In this document: piece after piece, positions 40,061 through 50,051 of the stretch
Layout: each line of letters opens with the position of its first letter
How positions within the stretch are numbered: the stretch's first letter is position 1
Source: Dehalococcoidia bacterium
Lineage (GTDB): Bacteria; Chloroflexota; Dehalococcoidia; UBA2979
DNA: 64,000 bases
Direction of reading: 5' to 3'
NCBI GenBank assembly: GCA_963667465.2
Contig: CAXXDN010000002.1
Location: 256,001-320,000, forward strand
Made by a program: the position numbers and the translations under genes
The notes under the pieces: generated by a model
What the model was told of the DNA's origin: nothing
The model's input: the letters and a program-made list of their open reading frames with translations, nothing else
Databases searched by the model: none

Positions 40061-41164
40061 GTGCGCAGTTCCCGCAGCCTCCGGCGTCTCGCCCCGGTTG
40101 CCCTGCTTGCCTTCGCCCTTGCGTTGGCGGCATGCAGCGACCCTCAGACGACCGTCGATCCCAAGTCGGACTTCGCCGACGACATCCAGTTTGTCTACCT
40201 GCTGACGTTCTGGCTGGGCATGGCCGTCTTCGTCGGCATCCTCGCGCTCACCGTCGGCCTCGCCTTCTGGTACCGCGAGCGCCCCGGCCGCGTCGCGAAG
40301 CAGATCCACGGCAACACCCGCCTCGAGGTCGTGTGGACGCTCATCCCTGTCGTGCTCGTCGTGGTGATGGCCGTGCCGACCTGGCAGGTCATCGCGGACA
40401 GCAGCAAGCCGGCTCCCGACGACGCGCTGCGAGTCAACGCTATCGGCCGCCAGTGGTGGTTCGAGTTCCAGTACGACCTCGACAACGACGGCGAGTACGA
40501 CGATCTGATCACCGCGAACGAGTTGCACATCCCGGCTGGCCGCGCGGTTACCTTCAACCTCCTCTCCGCCGACGTGATCCACTCCTTCTGGGTGCCGCAG
40601 CTCGCCGGCAAGGTGGACATGGTGCCGGGGCACGCGAACGACCTCTGGTTCACGCCCCACGAGGACGCCGCCCGCGCCGAGGCCTACCTCGGCCAGTGCG
40701 CCGAGTTCTGCGGCACCGCGCACGCCAACATGCGTTTCCGCGTGTACGTAGACACGCCGGAGGGCTTCGACGCCTGGGTGGCGAACGAGCAGGCGGACGG
40801 CGCCGAGCCGGCGGACGAGCTGGCGCAGCTGGGACAGGAGCTGTTCCTGACCCCCGTCTGGACGCTCCCCGGCGGCGGTGGCGGTATTCTCGGCTGCACC
40901 GGCTGCCACACCGTGGCCGGCGCCCCCGGCGCCGTGGGCAAGATCGGCCCGGACCTGACGCACGTCGGATCGCGCGGCACGATCGCCGCGGGAATCCTCG
41001 ACACGAACTTCGAAAACCTCGTCGCCTGGATCAGCAACCCCGATCGGGAGAAGCCCGGCGCCGACTACAACGACGATACAGCGAGATTCATGCCCGCCTT
41101 CGAGACCGTGCTGACGCGTGAGCAGATCGAGGCAATCGCCGTCTATCTGCTTGGGCTACAGTAG
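40061..41164 (+). CDS. coxB: Cytochrome caa3 oxidase subunit II with fused cytochrome c
   Basis: Lipobox LAAC, DVIHSFW, CAEFCGTAHANM (CuA), CTGCH heme c. Confidence 0.96.
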   Translation: MRSSRSLRRLAPVALLAFALALAACSDPQTTVDPKSDFADDIQFVYLLTFWLGMAVFVGILALTVGLAFWYRERPGRVAKQIHGNTRLEVVWTLIPVVLVVVMAVPTWQVIADSSKPAPDDALRVNAIGRQWWFEFQYDLDNDGEYDDLITANELHIPAGRAVTFNLLSADVIHSFWVPQLAGKVDMVPGHANDLWFTPHEDAARAEAYLGQCAEFCGTAHANMRFRVYVDTPEGFDAWVANEQADGAEPADELAQLGQELFLTPVWTLPGGGGGILGCTGCHTVAGAPGAVGKIGPDLTHVGSRGTIAAGILDTNFENLVAWISNPDREKPGADYNDDTARFMPAFETVLTREQIEAIAVYLLGLQ

Positions 41165-41202
41165 GTATCGGGCGAGCGCGGAGCCTGGAGGGGAGCACGA
41201 CG

Positions 41203-43005
41203 ATGGCAACCGTTGCCGGCACGATGGCCGCACCGACTGCCGAGGGCGTGGTCTGGTCCTGGCTGACCACCGTCGATCACAAGCGCATCGGCGTCCTCTA
41301 CGGGGTGACCGCCTTCATCTTCTTCCTCGTCGGCGGCATCGAGGCACTGCTGATCCGCACACAGCTCGCCGTGCCCAACGGCGGAGTCATCGATCCCGAG
41401 CTCTACAACCAGCTCTTCACGATGCACGCGTTGACGATGATCTTCCTCGCGGTGATGCCGCTTGGGGCGGCCTTCTTCAACTACCTGATCCCGCTGATGA
41501 TCGGCGCGCGAGACGTCGCGTTCCCGCGGCTCAACGCGCTGTCCTACTGGATTTTCCTCGGCGGCGGCCTGGTGCTGACCAGCAGTTTCTTCCTCGGCGG
41601 CGCCCCGGACACCGGCTGGTTCGCGTACGCGCCGATCAGCGGAACCACCGCCTACTCCGGCAGCGGCATGGACTACTACGTGATCGGCCTGCTGATCCTC
41701 GGGCTGTCATCGCTGGCGGCGGCGCTGAACTTCGCAGTCACGATCATCAACATGCGCGCGCCGGGCATGACCATGATGCGGATGCCGGTCTTCGTCTGGA
41801 TGACGCTGATCGTGGCGTTCCTGCTGATTCTCGCGCTGCCGGTGCTGACCGTCGCGCTGGTCCAGCTGCTCTTCGACCGCCAGTTCACGACGAGCTTCTT
41901 CCTGCCCGGTGGCGGCGGCGACCCGATCCTCTGGCAGCACCTCTTCTGGATCTTCGGCCACCCGGAGGTCTACATCCTGATCCTCCCGGCGATGGGCATC
42001 GTCTCCGAGGTGCTCCCCACCTTTTCCCGCAAGCCGCTGTTCGGCTACGCGGCGATGGTCTTCGCTGGCGTCGCCATCGGCTTCCTCGGCTGGGCAGTGT
42101 GGAGCCACCACATGTTCACCACCGGCCTTGGCGCCGTGCCGCGCGTGGTCTTTGCAACCAGCACGATGATCATCGGGGTGCCGACAGGCATCAAGATCTT
42201 CAACTGGCTCAGCACGATGTGGGGCGGCAGCATCCGTTTCACGACGGCGACGTACTTCTCCGTCTCCTTCATCGCGCTGTTCACCATCGGTGGTATCTCG
42301 GGCGTGATGCACGCCTCGCCACCGGTCGACCAGCAGCAGCAGGACACCTACTTCATCGTCGCCCACCTCCACTACGTGCTCGTCGGCGGCGCGATCGTCG
42401 GCATCTTCTCCGGTCTCTACTACTGGTGGCCGAAGATGACCGGGCGCTTCCTCTCCGAGACGCTCGGGAAGTGGAACTTCTGGCTGATGTTCATTGGCCT
42501 CAACATGACGTTCTTCCCGATGCACTTCCTGGGCGTTGCCGGGATGCCGCGGCGCATCTACACCTATGACGAGGGGCTCGGCTGGGAGTTCTGGAACCTC
42601 TTCGCCTCGATCGGCGCCTTCATCCTCGCGCTCGGGGTGCTGGTCTTCGTGATCAACGTCGCGCGCACCATGCGCCAGCCGAAGACCGCCGATGACAACC
42701 CCTGGGGCGGGTCCACCCTCGAGTGGGCCACGAGCTCGCCGCCGCCGGAGCACGACTTCGACGCGATCCCCGAGGTGCGCGCGCGCGACCCGCTGTGGCA
42801 CGACCGCGACCACGGCCTGAGCCAGCCCGAGGGCGATCCGGACGAGCACATCCACATGCCGCCGCCGTCCTACTACCCGCTGATCCTCGCGTTCGGCGTG
42901 CTGATGCTTGGTGTCGGCCCGCTCTCGCACCTCGCGGTGACGGCGCTGGGCGTGCCGGTGATCATCTACGCGATCTGGGGCTGGGTCCTGGAACCCACGG
43001 AGTAG
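41203..43005 (+). CDS. coxA: Cytochrome c oxidase subunit I (A1 type)
   Basis: TVDHKRIG, GHPEVY, WSHHM, AHLHY, GMPRR. Confidence 0.97.
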   Translation: MATVAGTMAAPTAEGVVWSWLTTVDHKRIGVLYGVTAFIFFLVGGIEALLIRTQLAVPNGGVIDPELYNQLFTMHALTMIFLAVMPLGAAFFNYLIPLMIGARDVAFPRLNALSYWIFLGGGLVLTSSFFLGGAPDTGWFAYAPISGTTAYSGSGMDYYVIGLLILGLSSLAAALNFAVTIINMRAPGMTMMRMPVFVWMTLIVAFLLILALPVLTVALVQLLFDRQFTTSFFLPGGGGDPILWQHLFWIFGHPEVYILILPAMGIVSEVLPTFSRKPLFGYAAMVFAGVAIGFLGWAVWSHHMFTTGLGAVPRVVFATSTMIIGVPTGIKIFNWLSTMWGGSIRFTTATYFSVSFIALFTIGGISGVMHASPPVDQQQQDTYFIVAHLHYVLVGGAIVGIFSGLYYWWPKMTGRFLSETLGKWNFWLMFIGLNMTFFPMHFLGVAGMPRRIYTYDEGLGWEFWNLFASIGAFILALGVLVFVINVARTMRQPKTADDNPWGGSTLEWATSSPPPEHDFDAIPEVRARDPLWHDRDHGLSQPEGDPDEHIHMPPPSYYPLILAFGVLMLGVGPLSHLAVTALGVPVIIYAIWGWVLEPTE

Positions 43006-43018
43006 GCAAGGACGACAC

Positions 43019-43738
43019 GTGGCGACAGCCGAGCAGCACGTCGAGCACCACTCCGTCACCGGTATCGACAACCGGAAGCTCCTCATGTGGATCTTCCTCG
43101 GGTCCGAGTGCCTGTTCTTCGGCGCCCTCATCTCCACCTACCTGATCTTCAAGGCCGACATCCCCGCCCCGCCCCTGAGCTTCGTCGAGGCCCATACCCA
43201 CATCGAGAACGGCCATGAGATCGTCACCGGCTGGTTCCCGATCGACCGCGTCATCGACGACGTCTACACGAACCAGGACGGCACCTTCAGGGAGGTCGAG
43301 TTCGCGGGCGTGCTCGACATCCCGATCACCTCGCAGAGCACCTTCGTGCTGCTGATGAGCTCGGTGACGATGGTGCTCGCGGTCTATGGAGCACAACACG
43401 GCCGGCTGTTGATGATGAAGGCGTGGCTGCTCGCCACCGTTCTGCTGGGCCTGATCTTCCTCGGCTATCAGGTCTACGAATTCCGCTTCTTCGGGAGCGA
43501 GGGGCTCACGCTGGAGACGAACCAGTTCGGCGCCTCGTTCTTCGTACTGACGGGCTTCCACGGAACGCACGTCTTCATAGGCGTACTGATCCTCGCGTCG
43601 TTGCTGCTGGCGTCGTTCCGGCGCAGCGGACTGGGACCGGAGGCCGGCTTCCACGTCGAAACGGCGGGCCTCTATTGGCACTTCGTCGATATCGTCTGGA
43701 TCGTGATCTTCACGATCATCTACCTGATACCGGCCTGA
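43019..43738 (+). CDS. coxC: Cytochrome c oxidase subunit III
   Basis: MWIFLGSE, TGFHGTHV, YWHFVDIVW. Confidence 0.95.
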   Translation: MATAEQHVEHHSVTGIDNRKLLMWIFLGSECLFFGALISTYLIFKADIPAPPLSFVEAHTHIENGHEIVTGWFPIDRVIDDVYTNQDGTFREVEFAGVLDIPITSQSTFVLLMSSVTMVLAVYGAQHGRLLMMKAWLLATVLLGLIFLGYQVYEFRFFGSEGLTLETNQFGASFFVLTGFHGTHVFIGVLILASLLLASFRRSGLGPEAGFHVETAGLYWHFVDIVWIVIFTIIYLIPA

Positions 43739-43775
43739 TCGCGGCGGATCCGATCAGGGAGGAGTGGAGCACGCG

Positions 43776-44111
43776 ATGAGCCACGGCGGATCTCACGCAC
43801 CACACGCCCAGGAGCAGCACGGCCTCACGCCGAGGCAGTACATCGGGCTCGGTATCGCGCTCACGATCATCACCATCGTCGAGCTCGGCGCCTCGCTCTG
43901 GGTGGACCTCGGCAGCCTGCTGATCCCGGTCCTGATCGTGCTGTCCGCCGTCAAATTCATCGCGGTCGTCGCCTTCTTCATGCACCTCTACTACGAACCG
44001 CAGCTGCTGACGCGTGTCTTCGTCGGCTCGTTCGTGCTCGCGACCGGCGTGATGATCGCGCTGCTCGCCCTCTTCTGGACCGACATCACGGACCTGCTGA
44101 ACGGCGTCTGA
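43776..44111 (+). CDS. coxD: Cytochrome c oxidase subunit IV
   Basis: LTIITIVE, VKF..V..FFMHL. Confidence 0.88.
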   Translation: MSHGGSHAPHAQEQHGLTPRQYIGLGIALTIITIVELGASLWVDLGSLLIPVLIVLSAVKFIAVVAFFMHLYYEPQLLTRVFVGSFVLATGVMIALLALFWTDITDLLNGV

Positions 44112-44138
44112 GCCTCACGAAGCCCGGGCGAGCAACAC

Positions 44139-44165
44139 CGGCCCCGCGACTGCGGGGCCGTCTTC
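44139..44165. terminator. Hairpin between the convergent cox operon and ctaG
   Basis: CGGCCCCGC-GACT-GCGGGGCCG followed by TCTTC. Confidence 0.7.
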
Positions 44166-44188
44166 GTCGCGCCTCGGGGCTCTCGACG

Positions 44189-45124
44189 TCAGGACGAGGT
44201 TGCGCCAGCCTGCGCTGCGGCCAGCCGCTCCGCCTCCTCGGCCTGCTGGCGCTGCTCCGCCTTGTGCGCCCACACGGCGAAGACGATGCCGGCGGCGATC
44301 AGGAACATCATCTGGCCGGGCACCCACATGATCAGCCCGCCGATCTCCTGGTCGCGGATCGGCTCGATGGCGATGAGCGGCTCCACGTTGTCGTAGAAGT
44401 CGTAGAGCAGCGACCCGCTGAACGTGATCATCGCGCCCAGGAACGCCTTCGGCGTGCCGACGACGATGAGCAGCCCCATCCGCCAGACGTAGCCGAGCCT
44501 CGAGCGCAGCGGGGCGGGGTCGATCACGTTCCACCAGACCAGCACCCCGGCTGCCGTCATGCTGAAGTGCTGCAGGTCGTGCACGATGTCGTCAGTTACG
44601 GCGGCGTCGTACCAGCCGGGCGCGAGGTGCCAGGCCCACAGCACCCCGGTATGCACGACGACCGCCATCAGCGGGTGCGTCACGAACCGGTAGAGCGCGC
44701 GCGCCTCCGGGCGGCGCAGCACTGGTCGCACCAGCACGCGCCGCACCGCGCGAGGCATCCCGCGCAGCACCGGCGTGGTCGGCGCGCCGAGCAGAATCAA
44801 CGGCGCCGCGTACATCATCAGCAGGTCATGCTGAATCATGTGCACGAAGAAGTGGTGCTCGGCGACAGCGTCGAGGGGTGACTCGATCGTGAGCAGCAGG
44901 ATTGCGATGCCTGTCAGGTAACAGGCGGTGCGCCAGCGTGGATGCGGGCGGCTGCGATTGCGCCAGACATAGAGGCCGCGCAGGTAGAGCCCCGTCACGA
45001 TCGCGACCGGGATGACCAGCTCCGGGTCGAAGTTCCAGCGCTCCCACCACTGCTGGCCGGCGTGGACGCCCTCGTGCGCCGCGCCCGCCGCCTGTCCGAG
45101 CCGCGTGATCAGATCGACCTGCAC
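44189..45124 (-). CDS. ctaG: Caa3-type oxidase assembly factor CtaG
   Basis: HMIQH, WAWH, HDLQH, DQEIGGLIMW; start uncertain. Confidence 0.88.
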   Translation of the reverse strand: MQVDLITRLGQAAGAAHEGVHAGQQWWERWNFDPELVIPVAIVTGLYLRGLYVWRNRSRPHPRWRTACYLTGIAILLLTIESPLDAVAEHHFFVHMIQHDLLMMYAAPLILLGAPTTPVLRGMPRAVRRVLVRPVLRRPEARALYRFVTHPLMAVVVHTGVLWAWHLAPGWYDAAVTDDIVHDLQHFSMTAAGVLVWWNVIDPAPLRSRLGYVWRMGLLIVVGTPKAFLGAMITFSGSLLYDFYDNVEPLIAIEPIRDQEIGGLIMWVPGQMMFLIAAGIVFAVWAHKAEQRQQAEEAERLAAAQAGATSS

Positions 45125-45299
45125 GGGAGCCCTCCGCAGCCGCCGCAGAAGCGGCTCGCCTCCCCGACAGTTTGCCCCGGCGCGCGGCAGGGCGCAGCAC
45201 GGCGCGATTGACCGCGCTCGCGTTGCCCTCGTACGATCGGGGCCGGCGAGTTCGTGTACGAGATACGCGAACAGCCACCCGGAAGGGCGAGGACCGCGA

Positions 45300-47015
45300 A
45301 TGCGACCGCTGCGCGTGGCGCTGGCGCAGATCAACACAACCGTCGGTGACTTCGACGGCAACCGCGCACGCATCCTCGAGGCCGCGCGAGAGGCCGCCGC
45401 GCGCGACGCCGACCTCGTCGCCTTCCCGGAGCTCGCGATCACCGGCTTCCCGCCGGAGGACCTGCTGCTGCGCGCCCCGTTCATCGAGGAGGCGGGGCGC
45501 TCGCTCGCGCGGCTGATCGAGGAGTCGCGAGGCCTGCCGCCGCTGATCGTCGGCGCGCCGGAGTTCGACGTCGCGCTCTACAACACCGCGTTCGTGCTGC
45601 ACGACGGGCGCGTCGTGGGCGGGCACCGCAAGCAGCACCTGCCCAACTACGGCGTCTTCGACGACGAGCGCTACTTCCAGCCCGGCGTCTCGACGCCGCG
45701 CTTCGTCATCGGCGGTGTCGAGGTGGCGGCGAGCGTCTGCGAGGACATCTGGTACCCGGACGGCCCCGCGCGCGAGGCTGCCCTTGCCGGGGCGCTGGTC
45801 GTCGTGAACATCAACCACTCGCCGTTCCACGCAGGCAAGCGCCGCGAGCGCGAGCGGATGCTCGCCACCCGCGCCGTCGACAACCACGTCGCCATCGCCT
45901 ACGTGAACCAGGTCGGCGGGCAGGACGAGATCGTGCTCGACGGCAACTCGATCGTGCTCGGTCCGGACGGGGACGTCCTCGCGCGCGGGTCCTCCTTCCT
46001 CGAAGACCTCGTCGTTGTCGACATACCTGTCGAAGAAGTGGTGCAGGCGCGCATGCACGAGTCGCGGCGCGGCCGCGAGCGGCCCGCGGCCGCGCCGCCG
46101 GCCGTGCCCGTCACGCCAGCCACCGAGGGCGTGCGGGCGCCGCTCGAAGCCGTGCTGACGGAGCCGCCGGACGAACTCGAGGAGACGTACCGCGCGCTGG
46201 TTACCGGCACGCGCGACTACCTCGGCAAGACCGGCTTCGAGGACGCGATCATCGCGCTCTCGGGTGGCATCGACTCCTCGCTGGTCGCGGCGATCGCTGT
46301 CGACGCGCTGGGGCCGGAGCACGTGCGAGGCATCTCGTTGCCCTCGCGCTACTCCTCGGAGGGCTCGATCGCGGACGCGCAGGATCTGGCGACGCGGCTC
46401 GGCATCCAGCTCTCGGCGATCCCGATCGAGCCGCTGCACCAGGCTGCCATCGACGCGCTCGCCCGCGAGTTCGAGGGCAGCGAGGCGGGCCCGGCCGAGG
46501 AGAACGTGCAGTCGCGGCTGCGCGGCCTGCTTGTGATGGCGCTCTCCAACAAGACGGGCGCGATCGTGCTCACGACGGGCAACAAGTCCGAGTACGCCTG
46601 CGGCTACGCCACGCTCTATGGCGACATGGCGGGCGGCTACGCGGTGATCAAGGACGTGCCGAAGACCCTCGTCTACGCCCTCTCGCGCTACCGCAACAGC
46701 GTGAGCGAGGTGATCCCGCAGGCCGTGATCGACAAGCCGCCCTCCGCCGAACTGCGCCCCGACCAGCTCGACACCGACTCACTACCGCCCTACGAGGTAC
46801 TCGACCCGATCATCGAGGCCTACGTAGAGGCCGACGACTCCTTCGAGACGATCGTCGCCCGCGGCTATGACGAGGCGACAGTGCGCCGCGTCATCGACCT
46901 GATCAACCGCAACGAGTACAAGCGCCGCCAGTCGCCGCCGGGCATCAAGATCACCCCCCGCGCCTTCGGCCGTGACCGCCGCTACCCCCTCGCCTCGCGC
47001 TACCGGGGGCACTGA
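45300..47015 (+). CDS. nadE: Glutamine-dependent NAD+ synthetase
   Basis: FPEL, CEDIW, SGGIDS, TGNKSE, PSAEL, NEYKRRQ. Confidence 0.96.
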   Translation: MRPLRVALAQINTTVGDFDGNRARILEAAREAAARDADLVAFPELAITGFPPEDLLLRAPFIEEAGRSLARLIEESRGLPPLIVGAPEFDVALYNTAFVLHDGRVVGGHRKQHLPNYGVFDDERYFQPGVSTPRFVIGGVEVAASVCEDIWYPDGPAREAALAGALVVVNINHSPFHAGKRRERERMLATRAVDNHVAIAYVNQVGGQDEIVLDGNSIVLGPDGDVLARGSSFLEDLVVVDIPVEEVVQARMHESRRGRERPAAAPPAVPVTPATEGVRAPLEAVLTEPPDELEETYRALVTGTRDYLGKTGFEDAIIALSGGIDSSLVAAIAVDALGPEHVRGISLPSRYSSEGSIADAQDLATRLGIQLSAIPIEPLHQAAIDALAREFEGSEAGPAEENVQSRLRGLLVMALSNKTGAIVLTTGNKSEYACGYATLYGDMAGGYAVIKDVPKTLVYALSRYRNSVSEVIPQAVIDKPPSAELRPDQLDTDSLPPYEVLDPIIEAYVEADDSFETIVARGYDEATVRRVIDLINRNEYKRRQSPPGIKITPRAFGRDRRYPLASRYRGH

Positions 47016-47031
47016 CCACAGACTGGCTGCG

Positions 47032-47075
47032 CCGTCCGGCCCCCTCTCCTGGGGGAGAGGGCGGGGGTGAGGGGC
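47032..47075. repeat. REP/CIR-like palindromic repeat
   Basis: CCCTCTCC-loop-GGAGAGGG-CGGGGGTGAGGGG; related copies at 60648-60691 and 60788-60834. Confidence 0.75.
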
Positions 47076-47129
47076 ACGCCGAACATCCGAGGACGCGCGC
47101 CACGCCCATTGGCCGGGCTGACCCGGCTG

Positions 47130-47157
47130 GGGTTCCGGCTTTCGCCGGAATGACGGT
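47130..47157. repeat. RPE-like palindrome
   Basis: Reverse complement reads GTCATTCCGGCGAAAGCCGGAACCC. Confidence 0.6.
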
Positions 47158-47241
47158 GGGAGGGGATGCGTGAAGCCGTGGACATACAACGAGGGCGGCC
47201 CCACAGCCGCCCTCGCTTCGTTGCCCGTTGCGGCGGGGCCG

Positions 47242-48522
47242 CTACCCCGCGGATGCGGCTGCGGCCTCGCCGATCGGCTCGCCCGTGGCGGTGTCGCGCT
47301 CGAAGGGGCTGAACAGCTCCAGCTCCTCGCCCATCTCGCGGACTGCGGGGATCACCTCTTCGCCCATCAGCGTCAGGCTGCGCATCGAGTCCTCGTGCGT
47401 CATCGCGCCGTCGCCGTCCCAGAGGAAGATCGAGCCGGGGCGCAGCTCCTGGAGCACCTCGCGAATCTTCGGGATGACCGACTTCGGTGTGCCCGTGATG
47501 ATCGTCTTCGTCTCGACCTGATCCTCGTAGCTGCGGCCCTGGTTGCCGCGCACGCGCGGCGCGACGGCGCCCGCGACCTGCCGGCCGGCCGGCTGTGCGC
47601 CGCCCGTGGGCAGCAGGTTCGTGCGTGAGGTCAGGCCGGGCAGGTTCTGGATGTAGGGGTTCACGTTCCCCGTGTTGCCCTCGAGGAACGGGTTGGGCGG
47701 GCCCTCGATGAACTTGCGGGCGGTCTCGTAGGCCAGCTCCTCGGTCTCGTCGACGTGGACCTTGAAGAGGTAGCCGATGTTCTGCGTGCCGGACTCGTAG
47801 CCCTCGCGCTCGGCGACCTCGTGGTAGTAGGCGAAGGACTGCTTGGTCGGCTCGAGCTGGGTGGCGAGCATGATGTAGGGGTAGCGGTGCCGCGCGGCCC
47901 ACTCGACGGTGTTGCGGCTGACGACGCCGGGGATCCACATCTGCGGGTGCGGCTTCTGGTAGGGGCGGACGAACGGGTTCACGTAGCGGTAGTTGAAGTG
48001 CTCGCCCTCCCAGCGGAAGGGGCCGGGCCGCGTCCACGCCGCCACCACGAAGTCATGCGCCTCCTGGAAGCGCTCCCAGTTGAAGGGTGGCTGCGCGTTG
48101 TGCGAGACGCTTTCGCGGCCGCCGCCGCGCACCCAGCCGGTGACGAGACGCCCTCGCGAGATCATGTCGATCTCGGACAGGCTCTCGGCGAGGAAGAGCG
48201 GGTCGTCCCAGAGCGGCAGGACGTTGCCGGCGAGGACGATCTTCACCTTCTTCGTGATCCTCGCGAGGATGGCGGCCTCGACGTTGAGGACGCTGCCCAT
48301 GCAGAAGGGGGTGGAGTGGTGCTCGTTGAGCATCACGCCGTCGAAGCCCATCTCCTCGGCGTAGACCTTCTCATCGAGGTAGCGGTTGTAGAGCTCGGCG
48401 CCGAGCCTGGGGTTGTAGTTCCCGTTGGAGATATTGAGGTCGGTGTTGGAGCGGCCCGTGATGCCGAAGAATCCGGAATCGCGGTCCTGGTAGGGCCGCT
48501 CGGTGAAGTAGCCGATGAACAT
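47242..48522 (-). CDS. Luciferase-like (LLM) flavin-dependent monooxygenase
   Basis: AEEMGFDG..NEHH, DMISRGRL, PYQKPHP. Confidence 0.92.
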   Translation of the reverse strand: MFIGYFTERPYQDRDSGFFGITGRSNTDLNISNGNYNPRLGAELYNRYLDEKVYAEEMGFDGVMLNEHHSTPFCMGSVLNVEAAILARITKKVKIVLAGNVLPLWDDPLFLAESLSEIDMISRGRLVTGWVRGGGRESVSHNAQPPFNWERFQEAHDFVVAAWTRPGPFRWEGEHFNYRYVNPFVRPYQKPHPQMWIPGVVSRNTVEWAARHRYPYIMLATQLEPTKQSFAYYHEVAEREGYESGTQNIGYLFKVHVDETEELAYETARKFIEGPPNPFLEGNTGNVNPYIQNLPGLTSRTNLLPTGGAQPAGRQVAGAVAPRVRGNQGRSYEDQVETKTIITGTPKSVIPKIREVLQELRPGSIFLWDGDGAMTHEDSMRSLTLMGEEVIPAVREMGEELELFSPFERDTATGEPIGEAAAASAG

Positions 48523-48640
48523 GTTTCGCCCTCCCGCAGCGTGCGGACGCGTCCGCCCGCCCATGCTACCGAATCCCGCGCCCGCGCGCGCTGTCAGGGG
48601 CGGAGGAGGCGGATGTCTGGTTGTCGCGCTCGGCGCTCGT

Positions 48641-49165
48641 TCAGTCGTCCGCGCGCCGTCGCCAGTCGAGCCGTTCCAAGATGTACGGCCACAGGGCACC
48701 GCCAAAGTGCGGATCGACCGGGCCGATGAGGTTCTCGGCGCGATCTTCCTCGGCAGCGGTCTCGCACATCCATACGCGGCAGGTCGCGGCCTGCTCTTTT
48801 GTCGCGGGGTCGAAGGCGAACATCAACATCGCGCCGGTCGATTCCGGATCTAGGAGGACTGAGTCAGGATCGAAGCCGGCCAGCCGCGTCTCGTTCCGGT
48901 GCCCGCCACGATACTGGCTGTTGTACCAGACAGCCCGAATCGCCTGACTATGCGAATGGCTGTCCATGGTCATCTCGATCGGTTCCGAGGGGTTGACCTT
49001 GCCTGCCCAGAAGACCCTTGGGACCACTCGGACGGTGACCTGCCTCGGGATGAAGATGCCATCAGGGCCTCCGGCCCGTCCGGGCCCGATGTAAGGGAGC
49101 CGCGTCGAGTACAGCGGCTTGAGTGTCGCCATGTGTTCGCTCAGCCAATCCACCACATCTCGCAC
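48641..49165 (-). CDS. Stand-alone EcoRII N-terminal (B3-like) DNA-binding domain protein
   Basis: GIFIP, VNP, RAVWYNS..GG.RNETRL, LLDPESTGAMLMFAF, VWMC...EED, IGPV match recalled EcoRII-N motifs; no nuclease domain. Confidence 0.8.
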   Translation of the reverse strand: MRDVVDWLSEHMATLKPLYSTRLPYIGPGRAGGPDGIFIPRQVTVRVVPRVFWAGKVNPSEPIEMTMDSHSHSQAIRAVWYNSQYRGGHRNETRLAGFDPDSVLLDPESTGAMLMFAFDPATKEQAATCRVWMCETAAEEDRAENLIGPVDPHFGGALWPYILERLDWRRRADD

Positions 49166-49291
49166 TGACCAAGCCCCTATCTCCCCTGCTCAGTCGGTCG
49201 TGGCGCTGATCATACTGCCCAAATCGTGCCCCAATCCTGGATCGGCAGACTCCGTTACCCTGGCGGGCCATTGGCTTGGGTGGGGGAACGC

Positions 49292-49996
49292 GTGGAACTC
49301 GGGAGCCTCAGGCCCAGCGCGATCGTCAGCTACCACCGGATGTGCACGGAGGAGCACGAGGTGCGCCTCCAGAGGGGAATGAACTTCCGTCTCGATCCGA
49401 GGTACAGCGTGATGTTGATGAGCCGCCGTGAGGGCGCGCCGTACGCGGACGCTGTCGAGGACGGGGGCGAGACCCTCGTCTACGAGGGGCACGACGCCTC
49501 GCGTGTCAGGGGCGGGCGAGACCCTACGACGATGGACCAGCCACTCGCATGGGCGTCGGGACGGCCAACTCAGAACGCTCTCTTCCGGGAAGCGGCCCTT
49601 GCATACCGGGATGGTCGTGTCGAAGCAGAACTAGTGAAGGTCTACGAGAAGCTCCTGAGGGGAATGTGGGTCTTCAACGGGATCTTCCGGTTGACCGACT
49701 GTTGGGGTGAAGAGAGCGTCGGGCGCACAGTGTTCAAGTTCCGCCTCGAACTTGCCGGGGAAGACTTGCAGGCGCCCGAGCCCTCACTCCGCGAACGAAG
49801 CCGCATGATCCCCTCGGCAGTGAAGCTCGCGGTGTGGGAGCGTGACGGCGGGAAATGTCGCATGTGTGGGGAGGGCGACGAGATTCACTTCGACCACATC
49901 ATCCCCTACTCAGCGGGCGGCTCGTCGATCACGGTGGACAACGTTCAGATCCTCTGTGCCCGCCACAATCTGGAGAAGAGCGACCGCATCGAGTAG
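49292..49996 (+). CDS. SRA/YDG-like plus HNH endonuclease (putative type IV restriction)
   Basis: LQRGMN, PYAD, LVYEGHD, DQP, QN, VFKFRL; C-terminal CRMC, HFDHIIP, NVQILCARHN. Confidence 0.8.
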   Translation: MELGSLRPSAIVSYHRMCTEEHEVRLQRGMNFRLDPRYSVMLMSRREGAPYADAVEDGGETLVYEGHDASRVRGGRDPTTMDQPLAWASGRPTQNALFREAALAYRDGRVEAELVKVYEKLLRGMWVFNGIFRLTDCWGEESVGRTVFKFRLELAGEDLQAPEPSLRERSRMIPSAVKLAVWERDGGKCRMCGEGDEIHFDHIIPYSAGGSSITVDNVQILCARHNLEKSDRIE

Positions 49997-50051
49997 CCTT
50001 CGTTCGCTCCCGCGCCCGCGCCCGCGCCCACGCGCGCTGCCCCTATCCGCC

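Noticed and set aside
42840-43005. Extra two TM helices on CoxA as a novel fusion
   Set aside because: Known arrangement in Bacillus-type caa3 oxidases, where the subunit III N-terminal helices sit on subunit I
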